Shown: piece after piece, positions 40,348 to 56,999 of the stretch
Numbering within the stretch: position 1 is the first letter of the stretch
How the letters are laid out: every line of letters starts with the position of its first letter
Assembly (NCBI RefSeq): GCF_009914755.1
Contig: NC_060936.1
Reading direction: 5' to 3' (one strand)
Length of the DNA: 64,000 nt
DNA from: the human T2T-CHM13v2.0 reference genome, Homo sapiens
Translations under genes and position numbers: made by a program
The notes under the pieces: generated by a model
What the model was told of the DNA's origin: nothing
Seen by the model: the letters and a program-made list of their open reading frames with translations, nothing else
The model's database searches: none

Positions 40348-40933
40348 TGGGGTCCGGGAGGAAAATTAATTTTTTCCTCAACCCTCATAAATTCTTAGTT
40401 GGCATGACCCTGTGTAACTAAAGACAAATTAATAAGAGAAAAGCAGAAGTTTATTAACATGCATGTTTCATGTATACAAGGAGATATCCAGGGAAAGAGT
40501 AATTTTCAAAGAGGGAGCTTTGATTTCCAGCTTATATAGTATCTTCAGTAAAGAATGGCACATTTTTAGGGAAGTGACAAGACCAAGGTAAAGGACTTTG
40601 AGTCTTTAGGAATAGCAACTTGTGGGAAGAAAAACAACTGGCAGATAAATGTTGGGGAATACAGTTTCTTCATGTAGATTCTTCTGGTGCCATCTCCAGG
40701 CCAATACCGGTCTAAAGTTTTCTTCAGTGGTTAACCTTTGTCTGCCTGGTAGAAAAAGGGATGGGGTATCCTTTGTCTTTGTAAATCTATGTTCTGCTTT
40801 TAGGAAAATGGAGAAAGGGCAGGGAGCTTTCCTGTATCTGCTTTTTCTTTTTTGCCTTCAGATTGTTGAGCTGAAGATATTAATCTTATGCAAAAGAGGC
40901 ATGTTTTTGGGTGGCATAGTCTCATCTCCCACA
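40348..40933 (-). mobile_element. MER34-family ERV1 solo LTR
   Basis: Minus strand begins TGTGGGAGATGAGACTATGCCACCCAAAAACATGCCTCTTTTGCATAAG. Confidence 0.75.
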
Positions 40934-42237
40934 TTGGATAGGCCTTGGAGCTTGGATGAGGAGTATGTGGAGTGAACTGTATTGTCCTGGCAATTGAGAG
41001 CATGGCAGTACCATGGGTGGTATGTGCAGTAGATGGCAGAGGGGATGGATGTTGATAATCCAAGGCCAAGATGGATTATATATCTTGCTGAAGGCCAAGC
41101 AGGACAGAAAATGGCTGTGAATAGATACCAACTTTCCCTTGTGGCCCTAATCATATATAAGCACTTTCTCCCTTAGGGAGAAGAGAGGAGCAAATACTCT
41201 TGAATTAAATGAATTAAAATTCTGTTTTAAATTCAGTGAAGATTATTTAATATGAACCAGCAAGACTAAGAGCTCTGTTTCACTAATAGCAAAATGGAGG
41301 TTTGGAGAGACTGTATTTAGTTCAGTTAATGAGAATAGAAAGGAAGTTCAATTTTTACACACCTGAGTGCACCACAAGCTTCCCACCACCACCATCAACA
41401 ACGAAGGAGACTAAATGACTTTGTAAATGCCTTATTCCCTTTAAATATTTAATTCCTTTATTAGCAAAGTGGTTCTTGTTTCCTACAACTGAGACCTGAA
41501 TAACAGATATGCAGCGCCATGTGCAGGCAGTGATTGTAGCCAATGGACCTTTCTAGATGGAAATCTGGGATTGGTTATCTAATCAAGTTCGAGTTTAAGT
41601 CAGTGAGGACCAGTTACCATTGGAAAATGGGATACTGGTAACACATAGCATGTCATGATAAAGTAGTTCCTGAATTATCACTTTTCGTCCAGAACGAAAC
41701 GTTTGCAGAAGGCAAGGCTTGGTGGATAAAGTGGCTACTGCAATAGTATACTAATAGTAATGTGTATACTAAAAATCACACAGTATATATTTTAAAAGAG
41801 TAAATTTTATGGAATATAAATTATGTATCAATAAAGCTATCATTAAAGAAAGAAGCTCCTGTAAAGTTACTGAGAAATACGATTTTTGCATTATCAACTA
41901 AATTCATGGATAGATGTCATGAGTGCATTTTTATGAAGTGATCACACAGTTTGAAAGGTTACTAAATGATAAAATTACAGGATATTAAAAATTACTTTAT
42001 CATACAGTGGTTTCTGGAAGGCATTTATTCAATATAAATGCATTTTATTGGACAGTGAGGACATGAAAAAGACAAAGAATTTGTTGCCCATGATATGCAG
42101 AAAAAAAAAGCGAAGTAAAGGAAAGTTAAAAAGAGAAAACAAATTATTTTGGGAAGTGAATATAAGGCCTCCATGAATGGTCACCCTTGACCATGGAGAA
42201 TATAAGTTAGTTTTTGTGACATCTTATTTTCTTGTGC

Positions 42238-42592
<355 letters not shown>

Positions 42593-43549
42593 TGTCTTGT
42601 GTATTTCTCATTGGCTATAATTCCTTCAACATGTAACATGACTTCATTTCCTTTCAGTTGCTATAAATGCTATTCGAGACAAGTGTTGGCTTTTAAATTC
42701 CTTGTCAATTAGCTATTAATATAATGAAGACAACTTGGATCTTGTTGCCCCAGGATTAAAATTAGTAAAAAGAAGTTTTTACTAAATCATAATAAGAGAA
42801 ATCCTAATACTCTTGTCATAATTTCTATCTTATTACAGAGTAAAAGAGTCACTAAATTGGAAACGAGTTTTTACGTATCAAAAAATTATGTAGCATTTAT
42901 CAATACCACTCAGAAATATAGCTTTAACCATAGCTTCCTGAATTATTTTGTAACTTGCTGAGGGGGAAAATATAGAAAACATAGCTTTCAGTAAGGCATG
43001 TGGTGTGTGTTTAGTATTAAATGTTTGGCTGAAAGTACTGTGCTAGAATTTTAAAAATAAATTATGGGGTAGACTGTTATTTCAGAGTGAAGACATTAAG
43101 GCTGAAATGTCCATACATTTGATACCTAAAACTGAAAGACCAAAATTCTCCAATTCTGAAGTCCAAGAAAGGGGTGTCACAACTTATGCCATTTATTGAG
43201 AGCATAAACAAGTGTAGTTTATATTTACTAGAATATTCCTTCTGAAGCAGCTCTTCAGATGGGGGAGATAATTTCTTTTCCTGTTTCATTAGCCAGATTT
43301 AAATGTCTGAGAAACAACATCTCCTTATTCTCCTAGGCTGCAATGAAACTACTATCTTGGGGATTTAGCATCTCCCTTCCTTTACAAAATATGCTCAGCA
43401 AATGGCACCAGTTAGCTGTAGATTGGTAAGTTGGTGTTATAATAATTGTGACATCCATAATGTTTTGTAAGGCAATCGATTTAATAAAATCACAAATGTG
43501 AAAAATGAAAAAAGAAATCACATGTATAGGATGTGAGGAGCCTCACTCC

Positions 43550-43940
43550 CCAGACAGCCTAGTGCCTGCTTAAGGGGCTTGGGAACAAAATGCCCATGGT
43601 GGCCAGGGTGGCACATGTTTACAGGCTTCCCCTCACCAAGGCTAATCTGGCTAACAGTATTGTTAAATGTTTTACTTGCCAAAACAGAGACTAATGCTGC
43701 ACTATGCCAGCATATCCCACAGGTGCCAGAAAACATCTGGGGGCAAGATGGCTACTTTGACCCACATCTGTCAGATTCATTTTTTCTCCCTGAAACAGAC
43801 ACACATTCTGAATTTGAATTTGCCTTTTTTGTCTGTTCTCTGCTAGCATCAACATCTATGAACTTAGTGAACGCTTCATTCACAATACCAGGGTTCCACA
43901 CCATGTTATTTCTAACCATGGGGCTTGTTTTCTATGGCAG
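43550..43940 (+). pseudogene. Highly decayed ERVL-class integrase fragment (internal proviral sequence)
   Basis: DNA follows ERVL pol (ccatggtggc...cttcccctcaccaaggctaatctggct); ORF residues WGQDGYFDP and LPETDTHSEFEFAF parallel ERVL WQVDYIGP and LTGIDTYSGYGFAY. Confidence 0.7.
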
Positions 43941-44467
43941 GATAAATGGAACAATGTGTTGAAACCTGAGGAATTTTCCAACTGTGCTATGTCTCCCCTT
44001 ACAGAACTCTCCTTATAGAATAATGAAAATGAAACAGCATATTGAAGACTCAGTTACAGCACTTTCTGGAAGATAGCACCTTGTGAGGTTAACAGGGTGT
44101 TTTAGAAAATGCATTCTATGATCTTAAGCAGTGAGTCATTTCCTAGCTCATCAAATTTAAGTTGGCCTGGATTGTAAAGAGTGCAATTATTTTATGTAAA
44201 ACTAAGAAAGAAAAATATACTATCAAGTAAACTATAACTTTCAATGATTGTAAGAAGCAGGCTGATGTCAGAGACACAAAAACCTTAGAAAAAGACAAAA
44301 GAGATGTGATGTAAAACAAAAGAAATATTGTAAATTTTACACTTTTTTTCTGTAGCCATAATTCAAAAGTCAAGGAACCAAGGAGTGGAAGTGAAAGTGA
44401 TGTTTTAACTTACCATACCAATGTCACCTTCACAAAATCCATGCCATTGTGGACTCTTCTGTCATTG

Positions 44468-44469
<2 letters not shown>

Positions 44470-44513
<44 letters not shown>
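44470..44513. repeat. (TTA)n microsatellite
   Basis: Direct reading. Confidence 0.97.
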
Positions 44514-45392
44514 TAAACCTATTCTGACAATTTAATTATGTGGACTTGTCAAAATGTTATTTCAAGATTGTTCAAAAAAAGGGACCTAAGCAGACCAATT
44601 TAAAGATTTATCTCTTGCTAGTGACATTTATAGAAGACAGAAATGTTAGTTAATTAAGAAAAGATTTTCTGATTAGAGATGATTAGGCTTCTGACAGTCA
44701 GCTGACAGTTAGAGGGTGGGTGGGTGACTAGCTTTCCAGAACAGATCTCAGGCTTATTACAGTTCATGAGGCAATGATACAATGGTGCTTAGGCTATTTC
44801 ATTAGGTATGCCAAATTTTCTTGGAAGGAGGTTGTGAAATACATTCCAGACCAGGTTTTGGGCAATATTTTCCTTAAGTTTCCAAAGGGAAAAATGCTTC
44901 CATCAAGGACATAACAACAGTTGCATTTTAGGCTCTTCTTGAAACAAGCAAAACAAAACGAAATAAAATATCAACTAGTATGGGAGTAAAATAACTGTTC
45001 CAGTGATTAATCGAATTACCAAAGAAAAATCGGGCTACTATTTCACAATGGAGACAAAAAAATACATCTGGAGCCAAGTCATCTAAATTGTCTCCAAATA
45101 GTGGCCAGTCTAGGGATAAAAAATAATGGAAAATTATATTGGCCAAATGCTCATTCAGGCAAGACCAGCAAGGAGCCAGACATCTCAGAATAAAGATTTG
45201 GATCAACGTGCAGACAAAACAAACAAACCATCAAGCAAAACAAACAAAACTAATCAGCTAAGGCGTTGGGCAAAGAATGTGATGTAGGTCATAGCTATAC
45301 ATAGTTCTATCTGTTTATGTGATGTATATATCTCTACCTACTAGTTAACTTTTTTCTTCTCTTCCCTTCCTTTTCTTTTTTTATATAGGATT

Positions 45393-45407
45393 TGTGTGTG
45401 TGTGTGT

Positions 45408-45447
<40 letters not shown>

Positions 45448-45654
45448 CAGGGTCTTGCTCTATCATCCTGGCTGGAGTGCAGTGGTACAACTATAGCTCA
45501 TAGCATCCTCAAACTCCTGGGCTCAAGTGATCCTCCTGCCTTAGACTCCTGAGTAGCTGGAACTGGGATTACAGGCACACACCACCACACCCAGCTAATT
45601 TTTAATTTTTTTTTGTAGAGATGGAGTCTCACTTTACTGCTTAGGCTTGTCTCA
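45393..45654 (-). mobile_element. 5'-truncated AluJ whose tail is a (TG)n tract (45393-45443)
   Basis: agacagggtcttgctct...aactcctgggctcaagtgatcctcc. Confidence 0.88.
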
Positions 45655-46442
45655 TAGAATGTATCATCGATGTTAAATTTCTAATTTAATTTATAGCTTT
45701 ATACATAAGAGAACAATCTAAGCTGCTGTAGAAGAGAGTCTAAAATCCAGTAGCTTAAGGTAAAGGTTTATTTCTCTTTCATATAATAGTTGGGCTTATA
45801 GTCTAGGGCTTGATGGTGGCTTGAGCCACTATCAGAGATCCAAGTTCTTCTACTGCTTGCTCTCCCATTCCTAGAATGCTGTCCCTGCCTGAAATGTCAA
45901 AGATAGTTGAACCTCACATGCATATTTCAGTGTGTAGGAAAGAGGAAAGGAAAAAGGACAATAATGTTGAAGGTGGCATTTCAGCTGAACTAAAAGAAGA
46001 TGAGTATCACAAAAAGATCATTAGAGTGACTGATGAGACTTTGGTTCTCTCCTTTTGGAGAGATGGCAAATGCATTATATCTGTATGGTAATGGTTATTT
46101 TAGATTGCCATTGTTGGAAGTTTAAGTATATGGAGAAATGTATGGATAAACGTTGCATACCCAGAAAATTGAACTTGGTGGATATAATGAAACGACCCTC
46201 ATATTCACTCCAACTTTCTCCTCATGTGACTTTCTATACAGCAAAGATTGCAAAAATTAAAACTCCATGTTTTAGATTCCTTTGAAGATGAGATTGAAGA
46301 TGAGAATTATGTACTGTATGTTACATAGAACTGCCTGAGGCATGGAGAGCAGACGTCTCCCTGTGCTTTGGGTGTTATTTTTGGCAGGCACCATTGTATA
46401 CTTGTTGGTTTCACTGAAACAGCATTCCAACCACTGACTTCT

Positions 46443-46605
46443 AGACTGGAAGTTCATATATGTTTTCTGTAAAGGGCTATAGAGCATATATACCAGTTTC
46501 ATGGAACAAGAGGCCACATACAAGCTCTGTCCCAATTCCTCAACTCTGCCGTGCAGTGAAAGCAGCAACAGGCAGTACGTAAACAGAGGAGTGTGGTCAT
46601 GTTTG
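46443..46605. mobile_element. MER58A-like hAT-Charlie MITE fragment
   Basis: ttttctgtaaagggc...ctcaactctgccgtgcagtgaaagcagc. Confidence 0.65.
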
Positions 46606-47799
46606 CTGCCTGGATTTGGTCTGGGGAACATTGATTTCCAGCATCTTTTCTGGAGCATAGTCTTGGAAAGGCAGATTCAAGCAGCATTGGTGGCCCTACT
46701 CAGCAATGCATTCTCTAGTCATTGAGAGTGACTACAGAATGGGTGTCAGGAGGGAGTTGTGGAGATGCTGGCTTATTTTCTGGATCACAGTCAGAAAGGC
46801 TTCTGTGTTTCCCTCTCTTCCTAACTGTGGTAAGTTCCCTGGTGAGCCAGTTCTATTGTATTGATCTTGGAATCATTCCTGGAGGAAGCTTAGGATAAAG
46901 TCTGCCTTTCCACTCCTTTAATGATTTTTGTAAGCACTTTGTTTCCTACATTTAAACCAATGTCGACATAAAATATGTCTATGGTGGATTCTGTTTCTTG
47001 TAAATAAAAACTGTCTGATCCTAGCTTACCTCTACATATCATTAAGAGTCCATAACTCTCAGCAGGCAACATGCCAGGAAAGAGAGGCAAAGGCTAAGTG
47101 GATGTGAGGATATCTGGTTGCCTAAGGAAATGCTTTTTTCCCTTCCATAGAAAGCCAGAATAACACCATGCACAGTGCATTTTGGTCTGAAATCTTGGCA
47201 AAGAAGGCTTAAGCTCTGACTTGAATTCAACAAAATCACACTGGATTATGATTAGAAATCACACATTGAGTACATCAAGCTTTCCTTCCATTTGGACAGA
47301 AAAGCTACCAGCACCCACATGGATAGTAAATGGTACAAGAGATATTCTAGCTTGTCTTTTGGCAAATGCTAGGCTTGATTTTGTGGCTCTCCATTCCAAA
47401 TTACTAGAGAAAATAGTCTATAAATATGTTTAAAATGCTGATTAATGAGGGAATATTTACAGTTCTGAAGATTCCTTTCTATTAGAAACAGATAAAACAG
47501 AAATTATTAGAAGATGTCTGACTGTCTTCTAATAATCATCTGACTGAAGAAGATAGGAAACAATCATAGAAAGCCAGGAGTAAGAAGTGAAGATTAGGAT
47601 GCAAAGACAGATGATAGAAGTAGAAATAGGTATGGCTAGACTTACCAAACCCAATCACAGAGCAAAATCAGTGTTGAAGAAGAAGTGAAGGTAATAAACT
47701 TGCAGAAGATCAAATGAAGATTTGATACATGACCATGAGGTCTAGGAAGGTAAGTATCAAATCTTCAGGGCAGGCTGCCAGCCTGGATGTCTTCTTCCA

Positions 47800-48445
47800 A
47801 CATATGGCTTCACTTGTCACTCTCTTAATAGTGCCTTTTAATAACAGAATTTCTTAATTTAACAAGTATAATTTATTAATCGTTCCTTTTTTGGTTGGTG
47901 CTTTTTGTTCTGTTTAGAAATCTTTGCATACCTCATTTCACAAAAGTATTTACCCATGTTACCTTCTAAAGCATTGTATGTATATTTCACAATTAGGTCC
48001 ATGAATTAATTATTGTATTAGATGTAAAATGGGGATCAAAATTTGTTTTTTCATATGGATATCTACTGATACAGCACCAATTACTTAAAAAAAATCATTT
48101 ACCTACTCTCAGTGGCACTTTTGTCACATATTAGATTGGTTGGATATGTATGTGTCTACTCCCGGATTTTCTATTCCATTTAATTGGTCTATTTACTTCC
48201 TGGTACAACACTATATTGTTGTAATTATTGTAGCTTTATAGTAAATTGTGATATCTGGAATTGTAAGTCCTCCACCTACATTTTTCAAGATTTAAAAAAA
48301 ATTTCTTTAGTATTTCCGTATACATTTTAGAATTAGCTTTTCAATTTCCATATAGACACCTACAGAAACCTGCTGAGAATTTAATTGCAATAGCAATACA
48401 TTTATAAATTTATTTAGAAAGAACTGACATTATAATTACTATGAA
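47800..48445 (-). mobile_element. Old L1M ORF2 fragment
   Basis: ttttcatatggatatct, attgtagctttatagtaaat, ttttagaattagctt. Confidence 0.7.
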
Positions 48446-49569
48446 GAGGTTCATAGCTCCTTATAGGACTTCTATAGGCAGCTATGGGTGAACAGAGCTT
48501 TTCAAAGGTTTCTAGGATGTCCTCCAGAACTCACCTTAGGAATAAAGTTTGCATGATGTCACACAATGTGACTCTCTTCTAAGTTTGTCTTGTCATTTCC
48601 ATATTCTAAAGTAAGACAAAGACCCTTGAAGTTGCCTTTGACAAATCTGATGTCAGTAGAATGGGCACTAATAATTCTCCCACAGGGAGGGGCAGTAAAT
48701 TCTTGTGAAAATAACACTCTATCCGACTTAATATAAGAGGCTCAGCCAAAATCTCAAAATCTTCATCACTGTCCTGAAATCATAAGATATAGGACCATCT
48801 ATACAACTTAAAAGCCGTGTATTAGTCCATTTTCACATTGCTATAAAGACCTGCCCTGAGACTGGGTAATTTATAAAGAAAAGAGGTTTAATTGACTCAC
48901 AAATCCGCGTGGCTGGGAGGCCTCGTACAATTATGGCAGAAAGGGAAGCAGGCACATCTTACATGACAGCAGGTGAGTGAGACAGTGTGAAGGAGGAACA
49001 CTCACAAACTTATAAAACCATCAGATCTCATGAGAACTCACTCACTATCATGAGAACAGCATGAGGGAAACCACCCCCATGATCCAATCACCTCCCACGA
49101 GATATCTCCATTGACATGTGGGGATTATGGGGATTACAATTCCAGATGAGATTTGGGAGGGGACAGAGAGCCAAACTGTCAGAGGAGTTTGAACAAGAGC
49201 AACTCCATCTTGAATAGGGGCTTGGTAAAATAAGGCTAAGACCTACTGGTCTGCATTCCCAAGAGGTTAAGGCATTCTTAGTCATAGGATGAGACAGGAG
49301 GTCATTGCAAGATACAGGTCATAAAGACCTTGCCGATAAAACAGACCGCAGTAAAGAAGCTGGCCAAAACCCACCAAAACCAAGATGGCGACAAGAGTGA
49401 CCTCTGGTTGTCCTCACAGCTCATTACATGCTAATTATAATGCATTAGCATGCTAAAAGACACTCCCATCAGTGCCATCACAGTTTACAAATGCCATGGC
49501 AATGTTAGGAATTTACCCTATATGGTCAAGAAGTGGGGGAACTCTTGGTTTCAGGAATTGCCCACCCCT

Positions 49570-49578
49570 TTCCTGGAA
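49570..49578. promoter_or_regulatory. GAS (STAT) motif in MER41
   Basis: TTCCTGGAA at the position of the MER41 tandem GAS pair; partner at 49549-49557 is degenerate (TTTCAGGAA). Confidence 0.6.
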
Positions 49579-50187
49579 AACTCATGAATAATCCACCCCT
49601 TGTTTAGTATATAATCAATAAATAACCATAAAAACGGACAACCAGCAGCTCAGGCTGCTGCTCTGCCTATGGAGTAGCCATTCTTTTATTCCATTACTTT
49701 CCTAATAAGCTTACTTTCACTTTACTGTATGAACTTGCCCTGAAATCTGTCTTTTTTTTTTTTGCTTTGTTTATTTATTTTTTTAAATTATACTTTAAGT
49801 TCTAGGGTACATGTGCACAACATGCAGGTTTGTTACATATGTATACATGTGCCATGTTGGTGTGCTGCACCTGTTAACACATCATTTACATTAGGTATAT
49901 CTCCTAATGCTATCCCTCCTCCCTGCCCCCACCCCATGACAGGCCTGGTGTGTGATGTTCCCCTTCCTGTGTCCAAGTGTTCTCATTGTTCAGTTCCCAC
50001 CTATGAGTGAGAACATGCGGTGTTTGGTTTTTTGTCCTTGCGATAGTTTGCTGAAAATGATGGTTTCCAGCTTCATCCATGTCCCTACAAAGGACATGAA
50101 CTCATCCTTTTTCATTGCTACATAGTATTCCATGGTGTATATGTGCCACATTTTCTTAATCCAGTCTATCATTGATGGACATTTGGG

Positions 50188-52954
<2,767 letters not shown>

Positions 52955-54626
52955 TATGATGTTAGCTGTTATTTTGCTCGTTATTTGATGCAGTTTCTTG
53001 CTAGCATCAATGGTCTTTACAATTTGGCATGTTTTTGCAGTGGCTGGTACCGGTTGTTCCTTTCCATGTTTAGTGCTTCCTTCCAGAGCTTTTGTAAGGC
53101 AGGCCTGGTGGTGACAAAATCTCTCAGCATTTGTTTGTCTGTAAAGGATTTTATTTCTCCGTTACTTATTTAGCTTAGTTTGGCTGGATATGAATTTCTG
53201 GGTTGAAAATTCTTTTCTTTAAGAATGTTGAATATTGGCCCCCACTCTCTTCTGGCTTGCAGAGTTTCTGCCGAGAAATCCACTGTTAGTCTTATGAGCT
53301 TCCCTTTGTGGGTAACCCAGCCTTTCTCTCTGGCTGCTCTTAACATTTTTTCCTTCATTTCAACTTTGGTGAATCTGACAATTATGTTTCTTGGAGTTGC
53401 TCTTCTTGAGGAGTATCTCTGTGTCAATCTCTGTATTTCCTGAATTTGAATGTTAGCCTGCCTTGCTAGGTTAGGGAAGTTCTCCTGGATAGTATCCTGA
53501 AGAGTGTTTTCCAACTAGGTTCCATTCTCCCTGTCTCATTCAGGTACACCAATCAGATGTAGATTTGGTATTTTCACATAGTCCCATATTTCTTGGAGGC
53601 TTCGTTGGTTTCTTTTTACTCTTTTTTTCTAAACTTCTCTTTTCACTTCATTTCATTCATTTGATCTTCAATCACTGATACCCTTTCTTCCACTTGATCA
53701 AATCAGCTACTGAAGCTTATGCATTTGTCATGTAGTTCTCCTGCCATGGTTTTCAGCTCCATCAGGTCATTTAAGGTCTTCTCTACACTGTTTATTCTAG
53801 TTAGCCATTTATCTAATCTTTTTTCAAGATTTTTAGCTTCTTTGCTATAGGTTCGAATATCCTCCTTTAGCTTGGAGAAGTTTGTTATTACTGATCATTT
53901 GAAGCCTTCTTCTCTCAACTTGTCAAAGTCATTCTCCATCCAGCTTTGTTCCATTGCTGGTGAGGAGCTGCGTTCCTTTGGAGGAGAAGAGGCGCTCTGA
54001 TTTTTAGAATTTTCTGCTTTTCTGCTCTGGTTTCTTCCCATCTTTGTGGTTTTATCTACCTTTATCTACTTTTGGTCTTTGATGTTGGTGAAGTACAGAT
54101 GGGGTTTTGGTGTGGATGTCGTTTCTGTTTGTTAGTTTTCCTTCTAACAGTCAGGACCCTCAGCTGCAGGTCTGTTGGAGTTTGCTGGAGGTCCACTCCA
54201 GACCCTGTTTGCCTGGGTATCACCAGTGGAGGCTGCAGAACAGCAAATATTGCAGAACAGCAAATTTTGCTGTGTGATCCTTCCTCTGGAAGCTTCGACT
54301 CAGAGGGGCACCCTGCTGTATGAGGTGTCAGTAGGCCCCTACTTGGTGGTGTCTCCCAGTTAGGCTACTCGGGGTCCAGGGACCTACATGAGGAGGCAGT
54401 CTGTCCATTCTCAGGTCTCAAACTCCATGCTTGGAGAACCACTACTCTCTTCAAAGCTGTCACACAGGGTCGTTTAAGTCTGCAGAAGTTTCTGCTGCCT
54501 TTTGTTCAGCTATGCCCTGCCCCCAGAGGTGGAGCCTACAGAGGCAGGCAGGCCTCCTTGAGCTGCAGTGGGCTCCACCAAGTTTGAGCTTCCTGGCCAC
54601 TTTGTTTACCTACTCAAGCCCCAGCA

Positions 54627-54941
54627 ATGGTGGGCACCCCTCCCCCAGCCTCACTGCCACCTTGCAGTTTAATCTCAGACTGCTGTGCCAGCAGTGAGTG
54701 AGGCTCTGTGAGCATGGGACCATCTGAGCTAGGCATGGGATATAATCTCCTGGTGTGCCATTTGCTAAGACTATTGGAAAAGCACACTATTAGGGTGGGA
54801 GTGTCCCGATTTTCCAGGTGCCGTCTGTCACAGCTTCCCTTGGCTAGAAATGGGAATTACCCAACCCCTTGGGCTTCCCTGGTGAGGCGATGCCCCACCC
54901 TTCTCCGTGGGCTGCACCCATTGTCCGACAAGCCCCAGTGA
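54627..54941 (+). pseudogene. L1 antisense ORF0 remnant with one premature stop
   Basis: ATG 54627 gives MVGTPPPASLPPCSLISDCCASSE then TGA 54699-54701; same frame continues as ORF 54708-54941 (GPSELGMGY...IRVGVSRFSRC). Confidence 0.85.
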
Positions 54942-56539
54942 GATAAACCCAGTACCTCAGTTGGAAATGCAGTAATCACCCATCTTCTGCATCACTCACA
55001 CTGGGAGCTGTAGATTGGAGCTGTTCTTATTCACCCATTTTGGAATCTCCCCCGCTGAATTCTGCCTTGTGTGAGATCAGTGAAGCCTCTTCTGGGGTCT
55101 AGATTGGGACTGCTTTCTGGATACAAAACCATATCAGGCCAGAAATAGTTGTAGAGGATTTACAGGAATCAACAAAAAGTTACGTTTTAACAGTGGCTCC
55201 AAGACACATTTATAAAGGTTGAAACTGATTTATCATAACTAGCTTTCTGAGAAAAAAAGTGTGTTAAAGAATGAAGTGAAATAACATATATAAAATTAGT
55301 AATACCAACCATGAAATGAGGTGTGTGAGTTTTCTATTTTATTATAATCCACTGTAAGATTTAGTTGTCAGACATAGTTTATGGCCCCCAGCCAGATATT
55401 TTAAACACTAGTTATTTATATGATTTTAGATTTGGCTGCTGAACTACACACACTTCCAGGGCTTTATATGTGATCACTGGGCTCTGGAGCCAAAGGAAGC
55501 CTCAATTGCACAGGCATCCAAGGCCCATGGATTGAAGCAGAGCTTGTGGATGGAGATGTGAGGTTTGGTTATACTTCTCTTTACAAATAGAACAAAAGTG
55601 ATCCTCCTGATAGATTTGTAATTCAAATGGTTATAGCAGCTTACAGAAAATAAGCACTCATTTCAAGGTATCTTTTGAAGTCACTGAGTTTTGTTAGCTT
55701 AGAAAGATATCTTTGGCTCTTGAAAGTCAAAAGGAGTAAATTCTGTCTTAGGGAATATACATAACCCAGTGAAAATGTTGACTGATAAACTTTTTTTCCT
55801 TTAAAAGGACTTGGGACTAGTAGCATTCTAGATAATTGTACTGATTTATGTGCTGCTACTACTAGCAAATGCTTACATAGAACATTCTGCTTTAGCTATA
55901 GTTTGATAAGTGTAAATTTCTGCTATCGTTGCTGAAATTTCTACATTGAAATTAATGGAAGTTATCTGAGTACAATTTACAACAAGATAAACAATGTCAA
56001 ACAAAGGTCATTTCCTGTTGACTAAGAAAATGAGGTAAAATTAAAATATTCATGTGTAATGACAAATAAGATTTGTAAACAAAATATCCAACCCATTGGG
56101 AAGGGCAATTAGTAAAAGAAACAATAGGCTTTAAATGCTGGAAAAAATATCAAACTTTATTAATACCCTGATCAAAATAAAATAATGTTGAGGATTGTTT
56201 ATCTCAACTTAACCCCAACTTCCATTCTGAATTGGAAAAATTGCTCATGGAAACTTTGAAGTTGAAGACCACTACTTTCTAACTTTTTGACTTCAATATA
56301 CATATCATTTGTCTATCAACAGTAATTCCAAATTTTCAGGTGATATTTGCATCCTTGCATATGGTATGCAAATGGAGGTAGTTTCTAAGATTACTGCTAA
56401 ATAGGTAGAGATTTGTCTTCACTCCCTTTCTTTCTGTTCTTTTTTCTCCCTCCCTTGTCCCTCCCACCTTGAATACCTACAGACATCTGTGTACTACTGC
56501 TGCCAGTCTACTTGTCACTGCTTCAGAGGTTGCTAGTCA

Positions 56540-56945
56540 TCTCTAAAATCCATGTTTGCCTCTGTTTCTCACTGACGTGAGACATTATCTTTTCCAGCCT
56601 TTTTCTCTGTTAAGTGGAGCAAGGAGACAGAGTTCAACAATCTGCAACATTTACAAATTGAGTGTCTAAAGTTTATTTCCAGATCTGCTTTCTCTTGTTT
56701 CCCTTCTCTGTTAGCCAGATGCAAAGCATTCAATGGAAGTTATGGAGGCTCTAGGTGATAGAAGAGTCACTGATAAAAGAAACCTGGGTACCCAAGTGAC
56801 TATATGGGGCACAGAAACCCGCTTCCCACTGCCTCCACCCTAGCCAACCTCCACATTCAACAAGGATGGGAGTAAATAGTAATTCTTAATTTTGGTAAGT
56901 TATGAGGCTTGAGAATTGTTTATGAGCAGTTAGCATATCTTCACA
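56540..56945 (+). mobile_element. Old MLT1 (I/J-like) LTR
   Basis: cctgggtacccaagtgactatatgg and 3'-terminal gttatgaggcttgagaattgttt...gcagttagc. Confidence 0.45.
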
Positions 56946-56999
56946 AATATAGTGTTCTCTTTCCAGATGATTTGTCCATTCTCCACTTACCCTTTAGGA

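Noticed and set aside
41024-41042. Second CTCF-like motif (GTGCAGTAGATGGCAGAGG), and another near 41511-41531
   Set aside because: Mismatches at important core positions; cannot be supported without scoring
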